A stretch of DNA of 32,000 nt from Candidatus Nanohalobium constans (GTDB lineage Archaea; Nanohalarchaeota; Nanosalinia; Nanosalinales; Nanosalinaceae), in NCBI RefSeq assembly GCF_009617975.1, contig NZ_CP040089.1:660001-692000 (forward strand), read 5' to 3'. A model generated the notes under the pieces. It was not told where the DNA came from. It did not search any database and was given only the letters and a program-made list of their open reading frames with translations. Positions 24,088-31,802 of this stretch are shown here, piece after piece (the stretch's first letter is position 1; each line of letters opens with the position of its first letter). Position numbers and translations under genes: made by a program.

Positions 24088-24638
24088 GATTCGTCCTCGA
24101 ACAGTTTTTCAGCGACTTTTTGACGATATTTATCCTCGTAAGAATCTACAATTTTGGAAACTGAGAAGTTTTTTCTTCTCTCACCGTTTTCCGATACAAT
24201 TACAAAACCGTCAAGACTTTCTATTTCTTCTAAGTCATACTTTCTGCCATCAATGGCATTGGCAAAGTCTTCTGAGGCTTCTATCTTTGAAACCTCGAAT
24301 TCAGCATCTTCAATTGACTTCTCAACAAACTCTGACCTCTCATCCTCGTCCAGGTCTCTAAGCTCTTCTTCAAATGTTTCAAACACTTCCTGTAGTTTGT
24401 CCTGCTTTGCCTCGAGTTTTTTCTCTCTTGCTTCCATTCTAGCGCTTGAGACAGTTTTCTGTCGTTCAGCTTCTTTTTCTTCCTCTACCTGTTTTTCAGC
24501 TTCTTTTTTGATTTCTTCTGCCTTGTTTTCTGCTTCTTTTAAGATCTTATCTGCTTCTTCCTCTGCCTCTTCTTCCAGCTGTGAAGCCTGGTTTCTTGCT
24601 TCCTGCAAAATGTCGTTTTTTACGTCTTGAAGTCCCAT
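24084..24638 (-). CDS. atpE: A-type ATP synthase subunit E
   Basis: 184 aa. The N-terminal half is a charged helix (ILQEARNQASQLEEEAEEEADKILKEAENKAEEIKKEAEKQ). The C-terminus is globular and contains GFVIVSENG. Confidence 0.85.
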   Translation of the reverse strand: MGLQDVKNDILQEARNQASQLEEEAEEEADKILKEAENKAEEIKKEAEKQVEEEKEAERQKTVSSARMEAREKKLEAKQDKLQEVFETFEEELRDLDEDERSEFVEKSIEDAEFEVSKIEASEDFANAIDGRKYDLEEIESLDGFVIVSENGERRKNFSVSKIVDSYEDKYRQKVAEKLFEDES

Positions 24639-24688
24639 AGTATTCTTTTTCTCCTGTACTTGTTTTTTTGTTTAAGATTGTATGTGGA

Positions 24689-24706
24689 GAGGCCGTTGCC
24701 GGCCTC
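24689..24706 (-). other. GC-rich stem-loop GAGGCCG-TTGC-CGGCCTC immediately downstream of atpK
   Basis: Perfect 7-bp G/C-rich stem with a 4-nt loop, 16 nt after the atpK stop. It is the most GC-rich local structure I noticed in this AT-leaning window. Confidence 0.5.
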
Positions 24707-24721
24707 CTTGGAAATTGTTTT

Positions 24722-24940
24722 TTAAATGAATCCTGCTACAACCAGTGAGACTACTAGTCCGAAGATTACGATTGTCTCCGGGATGGCTGTAAGGATCAGG
24801 ACTGAACCGAATAGGTCGTCGTCTTCTGCGAGAGCTCCGATTCCTGCTGATCCGATTTTAGCCTGTGCGTATGCAGTAGCGATTGCTGATACTGCGATTG
24901 CGATTGCTGCACTGATTGCTGGGAAACTTCCTATTGCCAT
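24722..24940 (-). CDS. atpK: A-type ATP synthase proteolipid subunit K (c subunit, single hairpin)
   Basis: 72 aa with two hydrophobic helices. The ion-binding carboxylate context is LTAIPETIVIFGLVV. A GAGGTGA site lies upstream. Confidence 0.9.
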   Translation of the reverse strand: MAIGSFPAISAAIAIAVSAIATAYAQAKIGSAGIGALAEDDDLFGSVLILTAIPETIVIFGLVVSLVVAGFI

Positions 24941-24970
24941 TGTTGTGATTTCACCTCAAAATATTGTTTT

Positions 24971-24993
24971 GAAAATCCATCGAAGGGATTTTC
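24971..24993 (-). other. Stem-loop GAAAATCC-N7-GGATTTTC in the atpI-atpK spacer
   Basis: Perfect 8-bp inverted repeat with a 7-nt loop, inside the 67-nt spacer. Confidence 0.45.
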
Positions 24994-25007
24994 TGCTAAC
25001 TGGAACC

Positions 25008-26822
25008 TTACGGTTCCTGTGCTCCGAATGGAGCGTATTTTTTTCCGCCTCCTTCATAGAATTTTCCAAACATCTCCACGTAGTGTAGACGGATGCCTTG
25101 AAGGAAGCCTTCCATGATTTTAATGAACGTGTTGAAGATGTGTCCACCGACTAGGATTAGTGTTCCAAGTACTATTCCTACTAGTCCGCCTGCACCATAA
25201 GCTGTACTGGCGATGCTGTTTACTACAGCGGCTAATGCGACTGCTGCGACCGATACTCCGAAGATTCTGAGGTAGGATAGGATGTTGGCTAGTAGTGATG
25301 GGATTTCGACCATTCCCTCTACGCCTTCTCCTAGGAAGATAAGCAGGAATCCTAAGATCATTACTGGGAGACCTGCTGTCGGGCTGACTAGGAATGCGAG
25401 TGCTGCTCCTGCCTGTAGTACATACCAGCTGCCTTTTTCTAGGAATGCTTCTTTCAATCCGTGTTTAATGTATTCGTTGTAAAATCCGATGCCGTATCCT
25501 AGGTTGACGTGGACTAGTCCGATTAATGCTGAGATTGTGAATACCTGTCCTAGGTGTTCTGCTCTGTGCCATAGGATCGGTATTTGTTCGAAAAGCTGGA
25601 TGCCTGTAGCAGCGGCTAGTTCACTGTGGTGACCGAATATGACATAGCCGAATGCATCACCGAACGCCAGACCGAATATGATTGTGGCGACTGATGCATA
25701 CATTAGGGAGTGGAAAATCTCTTTTCCCTTCGGGAACATCTTGGCTCCTGCGTAGAAAACAGCTAGTGTAGTTAGACCGTATCCTGCGTCACCTATCATA
25801 AATCCGAAGAACAATGGAAATGTCAACAATAGAACTACGGACGGATCAAGTTCATTGTACCTTGGTACCGAGACTAGGTCTGTCAGTGATTCAAATGGTT
25901 GTACTGCACGATTGTTTTCGTGTTTGACCGGCGGTTCTTCGTCTTCTTCTAGTTCCTCTCGCTGTACATGTATTTTTCCTTCTGATGCTTCTGCCAGTCT
26001 TTCCTCAAGTATCTCGAACTTTTCTTCTGGGATCCATCCCCATGCCATGAATGTTCTGTCTGTTGTAGCAAAATTAATCGGTGCTTCCGCCTTCTCAATC
26101 TTCTGTGTGAGGAAGTCCTCGATATAGTTTAGTTTGCCACTCCATTTTTCCGCTAGTTCCCGTTTCTGACTCTCAACAGATTCAATCTGAGTCTCAAGCT
26201 GATCTCTTTTCTGTTCAAGGTTGTTATAGATGTTTTCACATGTTCCGTGAAGTTCTGTGTCTGGAACTGTGAACTGTTTTTTGCTGTTGTTCTGTATTGC
26301 TTGCTCTGTCTGTTCAGCGTATTTTTCGGAGTAGATTACTGCTGTGGCTGAGTCTCCTTCAAATATTTCGAACCTATCGTTTCTTATTTCTTTTAGGAAT
26401 GAGTCTTTGTCGAGTCTTCCTGTGAATACATTTAGTGTTTCTGATTCTTTCAGGTCTTCTGCTGTAAGTCCTGATCCACGCAATTTTTTGAAGAATTTTT
26501 TCTGTTCCTTGATTCCTTCAATCTGCCGTTTTAACTGTTCTTCTTGGGCTTCGTGGCCGTCAAGTTCGTCTGTTATTTCAGGCAGGTTTTCCTGAATTGC
26601 CTGGATTGTCGTAGTTTCTTTTTCGGGTTCTGTCTCCGGTAGCTTAGATAGAACGCTTCTTATGTCGACGAGAAGTTCTGAGAGTTTTTCTGCTTCTTCA
26701 TTTGGTTCTCCCGTATCAAACTCTCCTTCGTACTGATCGATGTCCATCAGTTCCAGGTCGTGGAGTTCATCGATGACTCTGTCCAGGTATTTCTTGGATC
26801 CTGTTACTGATATCTTGGTCAT
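25008..26822 (-). CDS. atpI: A-type ATP synthase subunit I (a-subunit homologue)
   Basis: 604 aa. It has an N-terminal cytosolic coiled region (MTKISVTGSKKYLDRVIDELHDLELMDI) and a C-terminal multi-TM domain that includes SYLRIFGVSVAAVALA (the conserved Arg region). Confidence 0.9.
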   Translation of the reverse strand: MTKISVTGSKKYLDRVIDELHDLELMDIDQYEGEFDTGEPNEEAEKLSELLVDIRSVLSKLPETEPEKETTTIQAIQENLPEITDELDGHEAQEEQLKRQIEGIKEQKKFFKKLRGSGLTAEDLKESETLNVFTGRLDKDSFLKEIRNDRFEIFEGDSATAVIYSEKYAEQTEQAIQNNSKKQFTVPDTELHGTCENIYNNLEQKRDQLETQIESVESQKRELAEKWSGKLNYIEDFLTQKIEKAEAPINFATTDRTFMAWGWIPEEKFEILEERLAEASEGKIHVQREELEEDEEPPVKHENNRAVQPFESLTDLVSVPRYNELDPSVVLLLTFPLFFGFMIGDAGYGLTTLAVFYAGAKMFPKGKEIFHSLMYASVATIIFGLAFGDAFGYVIFGHHSELAAATGIQLFEQIPILWHRAEHLGQVFTISALIGLVHVNLGYGIGFYNEYIKHGLKEAFLEKGSWYVLQAGAALAFLVSPTAGLPVMILGFLLIFLGEGVEGMVEIPSLLANILSYLRIFGVSVAAVALAAVVNSIASTAYGAGGLVGIVLGTLILVGGHIFNTFIKIMEGFLQGIRLHYVEMFGKFYEGGGKKYAPFGAQEP

Positions 26823-26844
26823 TTCTGCAGGTCTGATTTCTGGT

Positions 26845-27165
26845 TCACCTTAGGAATTCTTCTGTAAATGTTCCTAGCAAAAAGTTTTCTGCTTCCGACA
26901 TGTTCTGTGATGCGGATTCTCTGACTTCGTGAGATTCTTCCTCAGCGTCAGAGATGATTTTTTCTTTTTCATCTTCTAGGTTGTCTCTGAATTTTTTCAT
27001 CCGTGACTTTTTGAGTTGTTCAGCGTTTTCCTTGGCCTCTTCTACTACTTCTTCGGCTTTGTCTTCTGCATCACTGATTCTCTGCTTTTTCTCTTCTTCG
27101 GCCTGTTCAATTATCTTGTCAGCCTTTTCCTCTGCCTGCTTAACTTCTTCTACAACTTGAGCCAC
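26845..27165 (-). CDS. atpH: A-type ATP synthase subunit H
   Basis: 106 aa with a GTG start. It is a charged helical protein (VVEEVKQAEEKADKIIEQAEEEKKQRISDAEDKAEE) and the first gene of the operon. Confidence 0.8.
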   Translation of the reverse strand: MAQVVEEVKQAEEKADKIIEQAEEEKKQRISDAEDKAEEVVEEAKENAEQLKKSRMKKFRDNLEDEKEKIISDAEEESHEVRESASQNMSEAENFLLGTFTEEFLR

Positions 27166-27202
27166 TAGTATTACACCGCATCAAACACACACCCCTAAAA
27201 AG

Positions 27203-27212
27203 TTTATAAAAA
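27203..27212. promoter_or_regulatory. TTTATAAAAA TATA box; candidate atp operon promoter. Its core TTTATAAA is palindromic.
   Basis: It lies about 40 nt upstream of the atpH GTG, in a 108-nt divergent spacer. A second box, TTTAAAAA, at 27239-27246 lies about 30 nt upstream of the trm1 ATG. Confidence 0.4.
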
Positions 27213-27273
27213 CGATTGAACCGATCTCTCCGGACTTGTTTAAAAAGGTTTTGTCGACCACCTGTTTTACTGT

Positions 27274-28368
27274 ATGGAAAAAGGAGAGGAAAGAGGGGTA
27301 AAATTCTACTCCAGCAAGGAAGCAGAGATGGACACAGAAGTCTTCTTCAACAAAGAAATGCGTACAAACAGAGATCTCTCCGCAATCGCAGCAAAAGTAT
27401 ACTCAAGAAAGATAGATGAAGAAATGCGGATCTGCGACGCACTCGCCGCCTCCGGAATAAGAGGAATGAGATACACCGACTCAGGAAAGGTCTGGATGAA
27501 CGATGCCAACCCCTCAGCAATAGAAGCAATGAAGAAAGGGCTTGAAGAAAACGATTTAGACGCCGAAGTTTCAGAACAGGACACCAATGTCTTCCTAAGC
27601 CAGAGCAAGAACTTCTACCACTTCGTCGACATCGATCCTTATGGCAGCTTCGTAAACTTCCTGGACTCCGCAGCACGAGCAACACACCACAACGGATTCG
27701 CAGGTTTCAGCGCTACAGACAACGCAGCACCAGCAGGAAGCTACCCAACAGTATGTCAGCGGCGCTATGGCAGCAAACCTTTGAAGAACAGCTTCATGCA
27801 CGAAACCGGACTGCGAATCTATCTGAAAGAAGTATTTGAAAACTATGCTAGATACGACAAAGCATTTGACCCGAAGATCTGCTGGCATGAAAGACACTAC
27901 ACACGAATCATGGGGCGAGTAACAGAATCCAAACAACGCTGCAACAACAGCCTGGAAAACATCGGCTATATAAGCCACTGCAGCAACTGTGGATGGAGAA
28001 AACTAGAGAGAATAGATGAATGTCCTAGATGCGAAACCGAAACACAGAAAGCAGGACCATTGTGGATCGGAAAAATAGCAGACCGCAGATTTACCCAGGA
28101 AATGCTGAAAGAAATACCAGAAGAATGGGAAGACTCTGTAGAACTCCTGGAAAAAGTTCATGGAGAAGCAGAAATAGTAACCCCTTACTACGACATACAC
28201 GAACTATGTTCTAAACATAAGTTACAGGTTCCAAAGCTGGAAGAAGTTATAGAGAGCTTGGAACAAACCGGTTATCCTGTATCCCCCACACATTTCTGCC
28301 CAACCGGAATCAGAACAGACGCACCGCTAGATGATGTTTTAGATATTATTAAAATTCAATCCGAATAG
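27274..28368 (+). CDS. trm1: tRNA (guanine26-N2)-dimethyltransferase Trm1
   Basis: VFFNKEMRTNRDLS and DALAASGIRGMRY (SAM-binding region) are present. FVDIDPYGS follows. A C-terminal Cys cluster reads CSNCGWRKLERIDECPRCE. Confidence 0.9.
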   Translation: MEKGEERGVKFYSSKEAEMDTEVFFNKEMRTNRDLSAIAAKVYSRKIDEEMRICDALAASGIRGMRYTDSGKVWMNDANPSAIEAMKKGLEENDLDAEVSEQDTNVFLSQSKNFYHFVDIDPYGSFVNFLDSAARATHHNGFAGFSATDNAAPAGSYPTVCQRRYGSKPLKNSFMHETGLRIYLKEVFENYARYDKAFDPKICWHERHYTRIMGRVTESKQRCNNSLENIGYISHCSNCGWRKLERIDECPRCETETQKAGPLWIGKIADRRFTQEMLKEIPEEWEDSVELLEKVHGEAEIVTPYYDIHELCSKHKLQVPKLEEVIESLEQTGYPVSPTHFCPTGIRTDAPLDDVLDIIKIQSE

Positions 28369-28375
28369 GCATATT

Positions 28376-28486
28376 ATGGTTAAAAGAATCAGTAAAAAGT
28401 CAATAGGGCTCGTAGAATGTGGAGAATGTCACGAAAGATTTGATGAAACTAAGCCAGTATGTCCTAACTGTGGTAATGACTATTAA
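28376..28486 (+). CDS. 36-aa zinc-ribbon protein; too short to appear in the ORF track
   Basis: My own translation is MVKRISKKSIGLVECGECHERFDETKPVCPNCGNDY*. It has two CxxC knuckles 13 residues apart. The TAA stop shares its last A with the next ATG (TAATG). Confidence 0.55.
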   Translation: MVKRISKKSIGLVECGECHERFDETKPVCPNCGNDY

Positions 28487-29022
28487 TGGCAGACATACTC
28501 GTCTCCGTGGCATCAACTCTTCTTAGCAGCCCCTTAACGGCATTTTCAATGCTGTTAGTGTATATCGGATTTGAAATATATACTCTCTTACGAAATCCTC
28601 CGCACTTCCAAGATTGTCCCCCTAAAAAGAATGAAAGACAGAAGACACAAAGGAAAAGCAGAGAAATCAGAACCAATGCACTTACTACCCTAGGATTAGC
28701 TTTTCCAGGCTTCTCAATCCTCATAACCAAAGAAGAATCTATTAAATCAGGCATATTTGTCTTTTTCATTTGGGCTGTCATACTACTTTTCCTATCAATC
28801 CAAGCAAGCACTTATGCACAAATTAGAAAAACTGCGCTTATCCTACAGGATAAAATGTTAGAATGGAGCATGATAAGCATTTATCTAGGTCTAATCCTTA
28901 TACTCACTAAATTCTCAGCTGCAGCAACATTAATAGGCCTTATCGGCTTCTTAGCTATTTTATCTCTTAGAGACAAAATTGAGAAAGAATTTCTAAGAAT
29001 AACAAGAAATAAAGATAAATGA
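28486..29022 (+). CDS. Multi-TM membrane protein, unknown function
   Basis: 178 aa with several hydrophobic helices (ILVSVASTLLSSPLTAFSMLLVYIGF, IFVFFIWAVILLFLSI, MISIYLGLILILT, LIGLIGFLAILSL). I prefer it over the overlapping minus-strand ORF because of its coupling to the upstream small ORF. Confidence 0.6.
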   Translation: MADILVSVASTLLSSPLTAFSMLLVYIGFEIYTLLRNPPHFQDCPPKKNERQKTQRKSREIRTNALTTLGLAFPGFSILITKEESIKSGIFVFFIWAVILLFLSIQASTYAQIRKTALILQDKMLEWSMISIYLGLILILTKFSAAATLIGLIGFLAILSLRDKIEKEFLRITRNKDK

Positions 29023-29034
29023 AAAACTGAAGGG

Positions 29035-30132
29035 CTAGTTACTTTTCTCTTCTAGCTCGTCTTCAAGTCCGAGTTTTTCTGCTAGTTCTTTGTAACGGTT
29101 TCTGATTGTTACTTCTGTTACTCCGACTACATCTGCTACTTCTCTCTGAGTTCTCTTCTCGCCTTCAAGCACTGCTGCTATATAAAGTGCTGCTGCTGCA
29201 ATTCCTGTAGGCCCTTTACCGGAGAGGAGGTCTCTTTCGCTTGCTTCTTTGATTACTTTTCTTGCTCTTGCCTGGACTTCTCCCGATAGCTGGAGTTTTC
29301 CTGCGAATCTTGGTACATAGTCCTGTGGTTTTGCTGGTAGGATTCTGAGGCCGAGTTCTCTTGCGACGTATCTGTATGCGCGTCCGATCTCTCTCTTCTC
29401 GATTCCTGATGCGTCGCTGATTTCGTCGAGTGTTCTCGGTGTACCCTGTTTACGGGCTACTATGTATATGATGGCCGAAATAATGCTCTCCATTGATCGT
29501 CCTCTGACGAGTCCCTGGTCAACTGCCTTTTCATATAGTCTTGCTGTCTCCTCGTGTACGCTTTCTGGCAGGTTGAGGTTTGAGATCATTGAGTTGAGCT
29601 CTGAAAGTGCGAACCCTAGGTTACGGTCTTTAGACTTCGTCAACCTTTTGTGCCATTTTCTTAGTCTGTAGTACTGGGCACGTTTGTTTCCTGAGACTTT
29701 GTAGAGTTCTCCTGAGCCTTTTCCTATTTCTGTTGAGACTCCCATGTCGTGTTTGGTATATGTTAGTGGTTGTCCTGCTCTTGCTTTCTTCTCTTTTTCT
29801 TCCGCGTTGAATGCTCTCCATTCTGCGGATTCATCGATTCTATCTTCGTCGATAACCATTCCACAGTCTACACAGATGAGTTCTCCTTTTGCGGAGTCTT
29901 CTTCGAAGCGTTGAGAGTCACATTCTGGACATGTTAGTACTGTGTCTCCTTCCTCTGCTTCTTCCTGGACTACTTCGTATCCTTCGTCTCCTTCTTCCGG
30001 AGCTGCTTCCTCATCGTCTGGAAACTCTCCTTCTGGAGTTTCATCTTGCTCTTCTTCGTCTTCTTCCCATTCTTCCGGTACTTCGTAGTCGTCAATCTGT
30101 CTTCGTGGAATATTTTGTGGAGCTTCTGACAT
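29035..30132 (-). CDS. tfb: Transcription initiation factor TFB, with a ~65-aa acidic N-terminal extension
   Basis: I trimmed it to the ATG at 30132 (MSEAPQNIPRRQ...). The Zn ribbon is CPECDS...LICVDCGMVI. Two cyclin-like repeats follow, and the C-terminal HTH is TQREVADVVGVTEVTIRNRYKEL. Confidence 0.9.
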   Translation of the reverse strand: MSEAPQNIPRRQIDDYEVPEEWEEDEEEQDETPEGEFPDDEEAAPEEGDEGYEVVQEEAEEGDTVLTCPECDSQRFEEDSAKGELICVDCGMVIDEDRIDESAEWRAFNAEEKEKKARAGQPLTYTKHDMGVSTEIGKGSGELYKVSGNKRAQYYRLRKWHKRLTKSKDRNLGFALSELNSMISNLNLPESVHEETARLYEKAVDQGLVRGRSMESIISAIIYIVARKQGTPRTLDEISDASGIEKREIGRAYRYVARELGLRILPAKPQDYVPRFAGKLQLSGEVQARARKVIKEASERDLLSGKGPTGIAAAALYIAAVLEGEKRTQREVADVVGVTEVTIRNRYKELAEKLGLEDELEEKSN

Positions 30133-30153
30133 ATTTTTTAGAACACCTAGTAA

Positions 30154-30162
30154 GATATAAAA
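30154..30162 (-). promoter_or_regulatory. TTTTATATC TATA box for tfb (leaderless-type spacing)
   Basis: The minus strand reads GGGTTTTATATCTTACTAGGTGTTCTAAAAAATATG. The box lies about 22-30 nt upstream of the ATG at 30132. Confidence 0.45.
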
Positions 30163-30285
30163 CCCGCCGCAAGTTTTAAATACCTTTTCACGATAAAGAC
30201 TACTCTGCGGTGACAAAACAACTGTTTCGGTTTTTGTCGAATTGGAGCGAAGAAAATTTAATGTATTGGCAGACACCTAGTTATT

Positions 30286-31350
30286 ATGGATGAAGGTTTG
30301 AGAGCAAAGAGGGAAACTCTTCTCGTTGTAAGCATACTAATACTAGGAAGCATGTTGATCGTATTTCCATTCCTTGATGCGATATTAATTGGTGCCGCTG
30401 TCTCCTATATACTTTCCCAGGTGCATGACAAACTTAATCCTCATATTCAGAACGAATTTCTTTCCTCTACAATAATAATTTTCTCAGTGTTCGCTTTTGT
30501 AGCCATAGGCTTGTACTTCTTCATCAACAACTTCTTCGAGATACTAGCACAGCTAAACCTATTCACAGGATCTCTAGAAGATAAAATCATAAGTGCTCTA
30601 GAACCCCTTGATCTTCCTGAAACCTTCATTGAAAACATCAGACAGTATATCAATAATTTTTCACAGTCCATAAGTAGCATACTGATCGATTTATTTGCTT
30701 CACTGCCTGCAATAATTATTGACCTAGGTATTTTCCTGGTAACCTCTACTTACCTGTACAAGGATAGAAGAAGGATATCAAGAGAGTTGGATAGGTTGCT
30801 GAAGAGCCTTCCACCTACCGAGAAAAGAATTATCCAAAACCTGGTTAACTCGACAGAAAATATTTTTAAAGGAGTCTTCCTAACCCAGGCAATCGTAGCA
30901 GTTATACTCGGAGCTATAATGGGGCTAGGTCTATGGCTTATATCAGCACTGACTACGCCAATACCTTTGATACCTTTATGGGCAATCCTGGTGGGAGTAG
31001 CATCATTACTCCCTCTTGTAGCTAACTTCATGATTTATGTTCCTCTCGGAGGATACTTCATGACAAGTGCCGGAGAACCTATCAAAGGAATGCTGGTCAT
31101 TACCTTTGGACTAATCTTCCTTCAGATTATGCCAGAAATATTTTTGCGTCCCTACATTGGTTCGAAGAGGCTTGATGAGCATCCTCTGATTGTTTTCCTG
31201 GGATTCTTGGCAGGACCGCTTGTTCTAGGATTTAAAGGGCTAATCCTTGGACCTGTTGTCCTGATCCTAACTAAAGAATTTGCTCTCAGCTTTTCGGATA
31301 TGATTTCCGATGTAGAGAGCGATGTCCACAGCGAGGACACGGAGGAGTAG
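30286..31350 (+). CDS. AI-2E family (PerM/UPF0118-like) membrane transporter
   Basis: 354 aa with ~8 TM segments. The overall pattern (LIGAAVSYIL..., LFASLPAIIIDLGIFLVTSTYLYKD, GLILGPVVLILTKEF) is typical of this family. The C-terminal tail is acidic. Confidence 0.75.
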   Translation: MDEGLRAKRETLLVVSILILGSMLIVFPFLDAILIGAAVSYILSQVHDKLNPHIQNEFLSSTIIIFSVFAFVAIGLYFFINNFFEILAQLNLFTGSLEDKIISALEPLDLPETFIENIRQYINNFSQSISSILIDLFASLPAIIIDLGIFLVTSTYLYKDRRRISRELDRLLKSLPPTEKRIIQNLVNSTENIFKGVFLTQAIVAVILGAIMGLGLWLISALTTPIPLIPLWAILVGVASLLPLVANFMIYVPLGGYFMTSAGEPIKGMLVITFGLIFLQIMPEIFLRPYIGSKRLDEHPLIVFLGFLAGPLVLGFKGLILGPVVLILTKEFALSFSDMISDVESDVHSEDTEE

Positions 31351-31762
31351 AAATCTCGGCACCACAGTTACCGCATACACTCTTCCATTTCCTCTTCTCA
31401 TCTACTTTCTCAGTATTGAACGAATCAAACTCAGCCCCTAAATGCAGAGCCAGGTTTTGAAGAGCTTTATCATCCGTGATTAAGGGAACTTGATTATCTA
31501 TAGCTAATGCCAAGGCTTCCTCATCCTGTTCACTGGTCGGAGAGTTAATCTCATCAGATTTATCCCTTACAGAATCTAGAGAAGAATCAGAGGGATCCAT
31601 TACAGTTAGATCTAGTTTCTGCATCTTCATCTGAGCCATGTTTGACTTAACCTCGTGCTCTACACTAGGAGGGATCAAGGCAGAGTTGAAAGAGAACTGT
31701 CCTCTGCTATGGATAAGTACATTGGCATCTACGACTGCTTTCTTGAGGTTGGATGCGTTCAT
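31286..31762 (-). CDS. nob1: Nob1-like PIN-domain endonuclease with a C-terminal zinc ribbon (16S rRNA 3'-end maturation)
   Basis: AVVDANVLIHSRG and LITDDKALQNLALHLG carry the PIN acidic residues. The Zn ribbon is CGNCGAEISTPPCPRCG. The protein is 158 aa. Confidence 0.8.
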   Translation of the reverse strand: MNASNLKKAVVDANVLIHSRGQFSFNSALIPPSVEHEVKSNMAQMKMQKLDLTVMDPSDSSLDSVRDKSDEINSPTSEQDEEALALAIDNQVPLITDDKALQNLALHLGAEFDSFNTEKVDEKRKWKSVCGNCGAEISTPPCPRCGHRSLHRKSYPKS

Positions 31763-31802
31763 ATTTTAAAGTGTTAACCGATGTTTTAATTTTGTGATCA
31801 AA

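Noticed and set aside
24154-24630. Ser-rich antisense ORFs opposite atpE. The same kind occur at 10809..11474 (opposite osmC/DUF2892), 26954..27160 (opposite atpH), 27306..27978 (opposite trm1) and 3329..3577.
   Set aside because: The reverse complements of GAA/GAG/AAG-rich acidic coding sequence translate as Ser/Phe/Leu runs without stop codons. This is a typical artefact in acidic proteomes, and the sense genes are all confidently identified.
28464-28811. A 115-aa minus-strand ORF overlapping the 28486..29022 membrane protein gene.
   Set aside because: The plus-strand ORF is longer, has clean TM-helix periodicity and is coupled by the TAATG overlap to the upstream zinc-ribbon ORF. The minus-strand translation looks like an antisense artefact.
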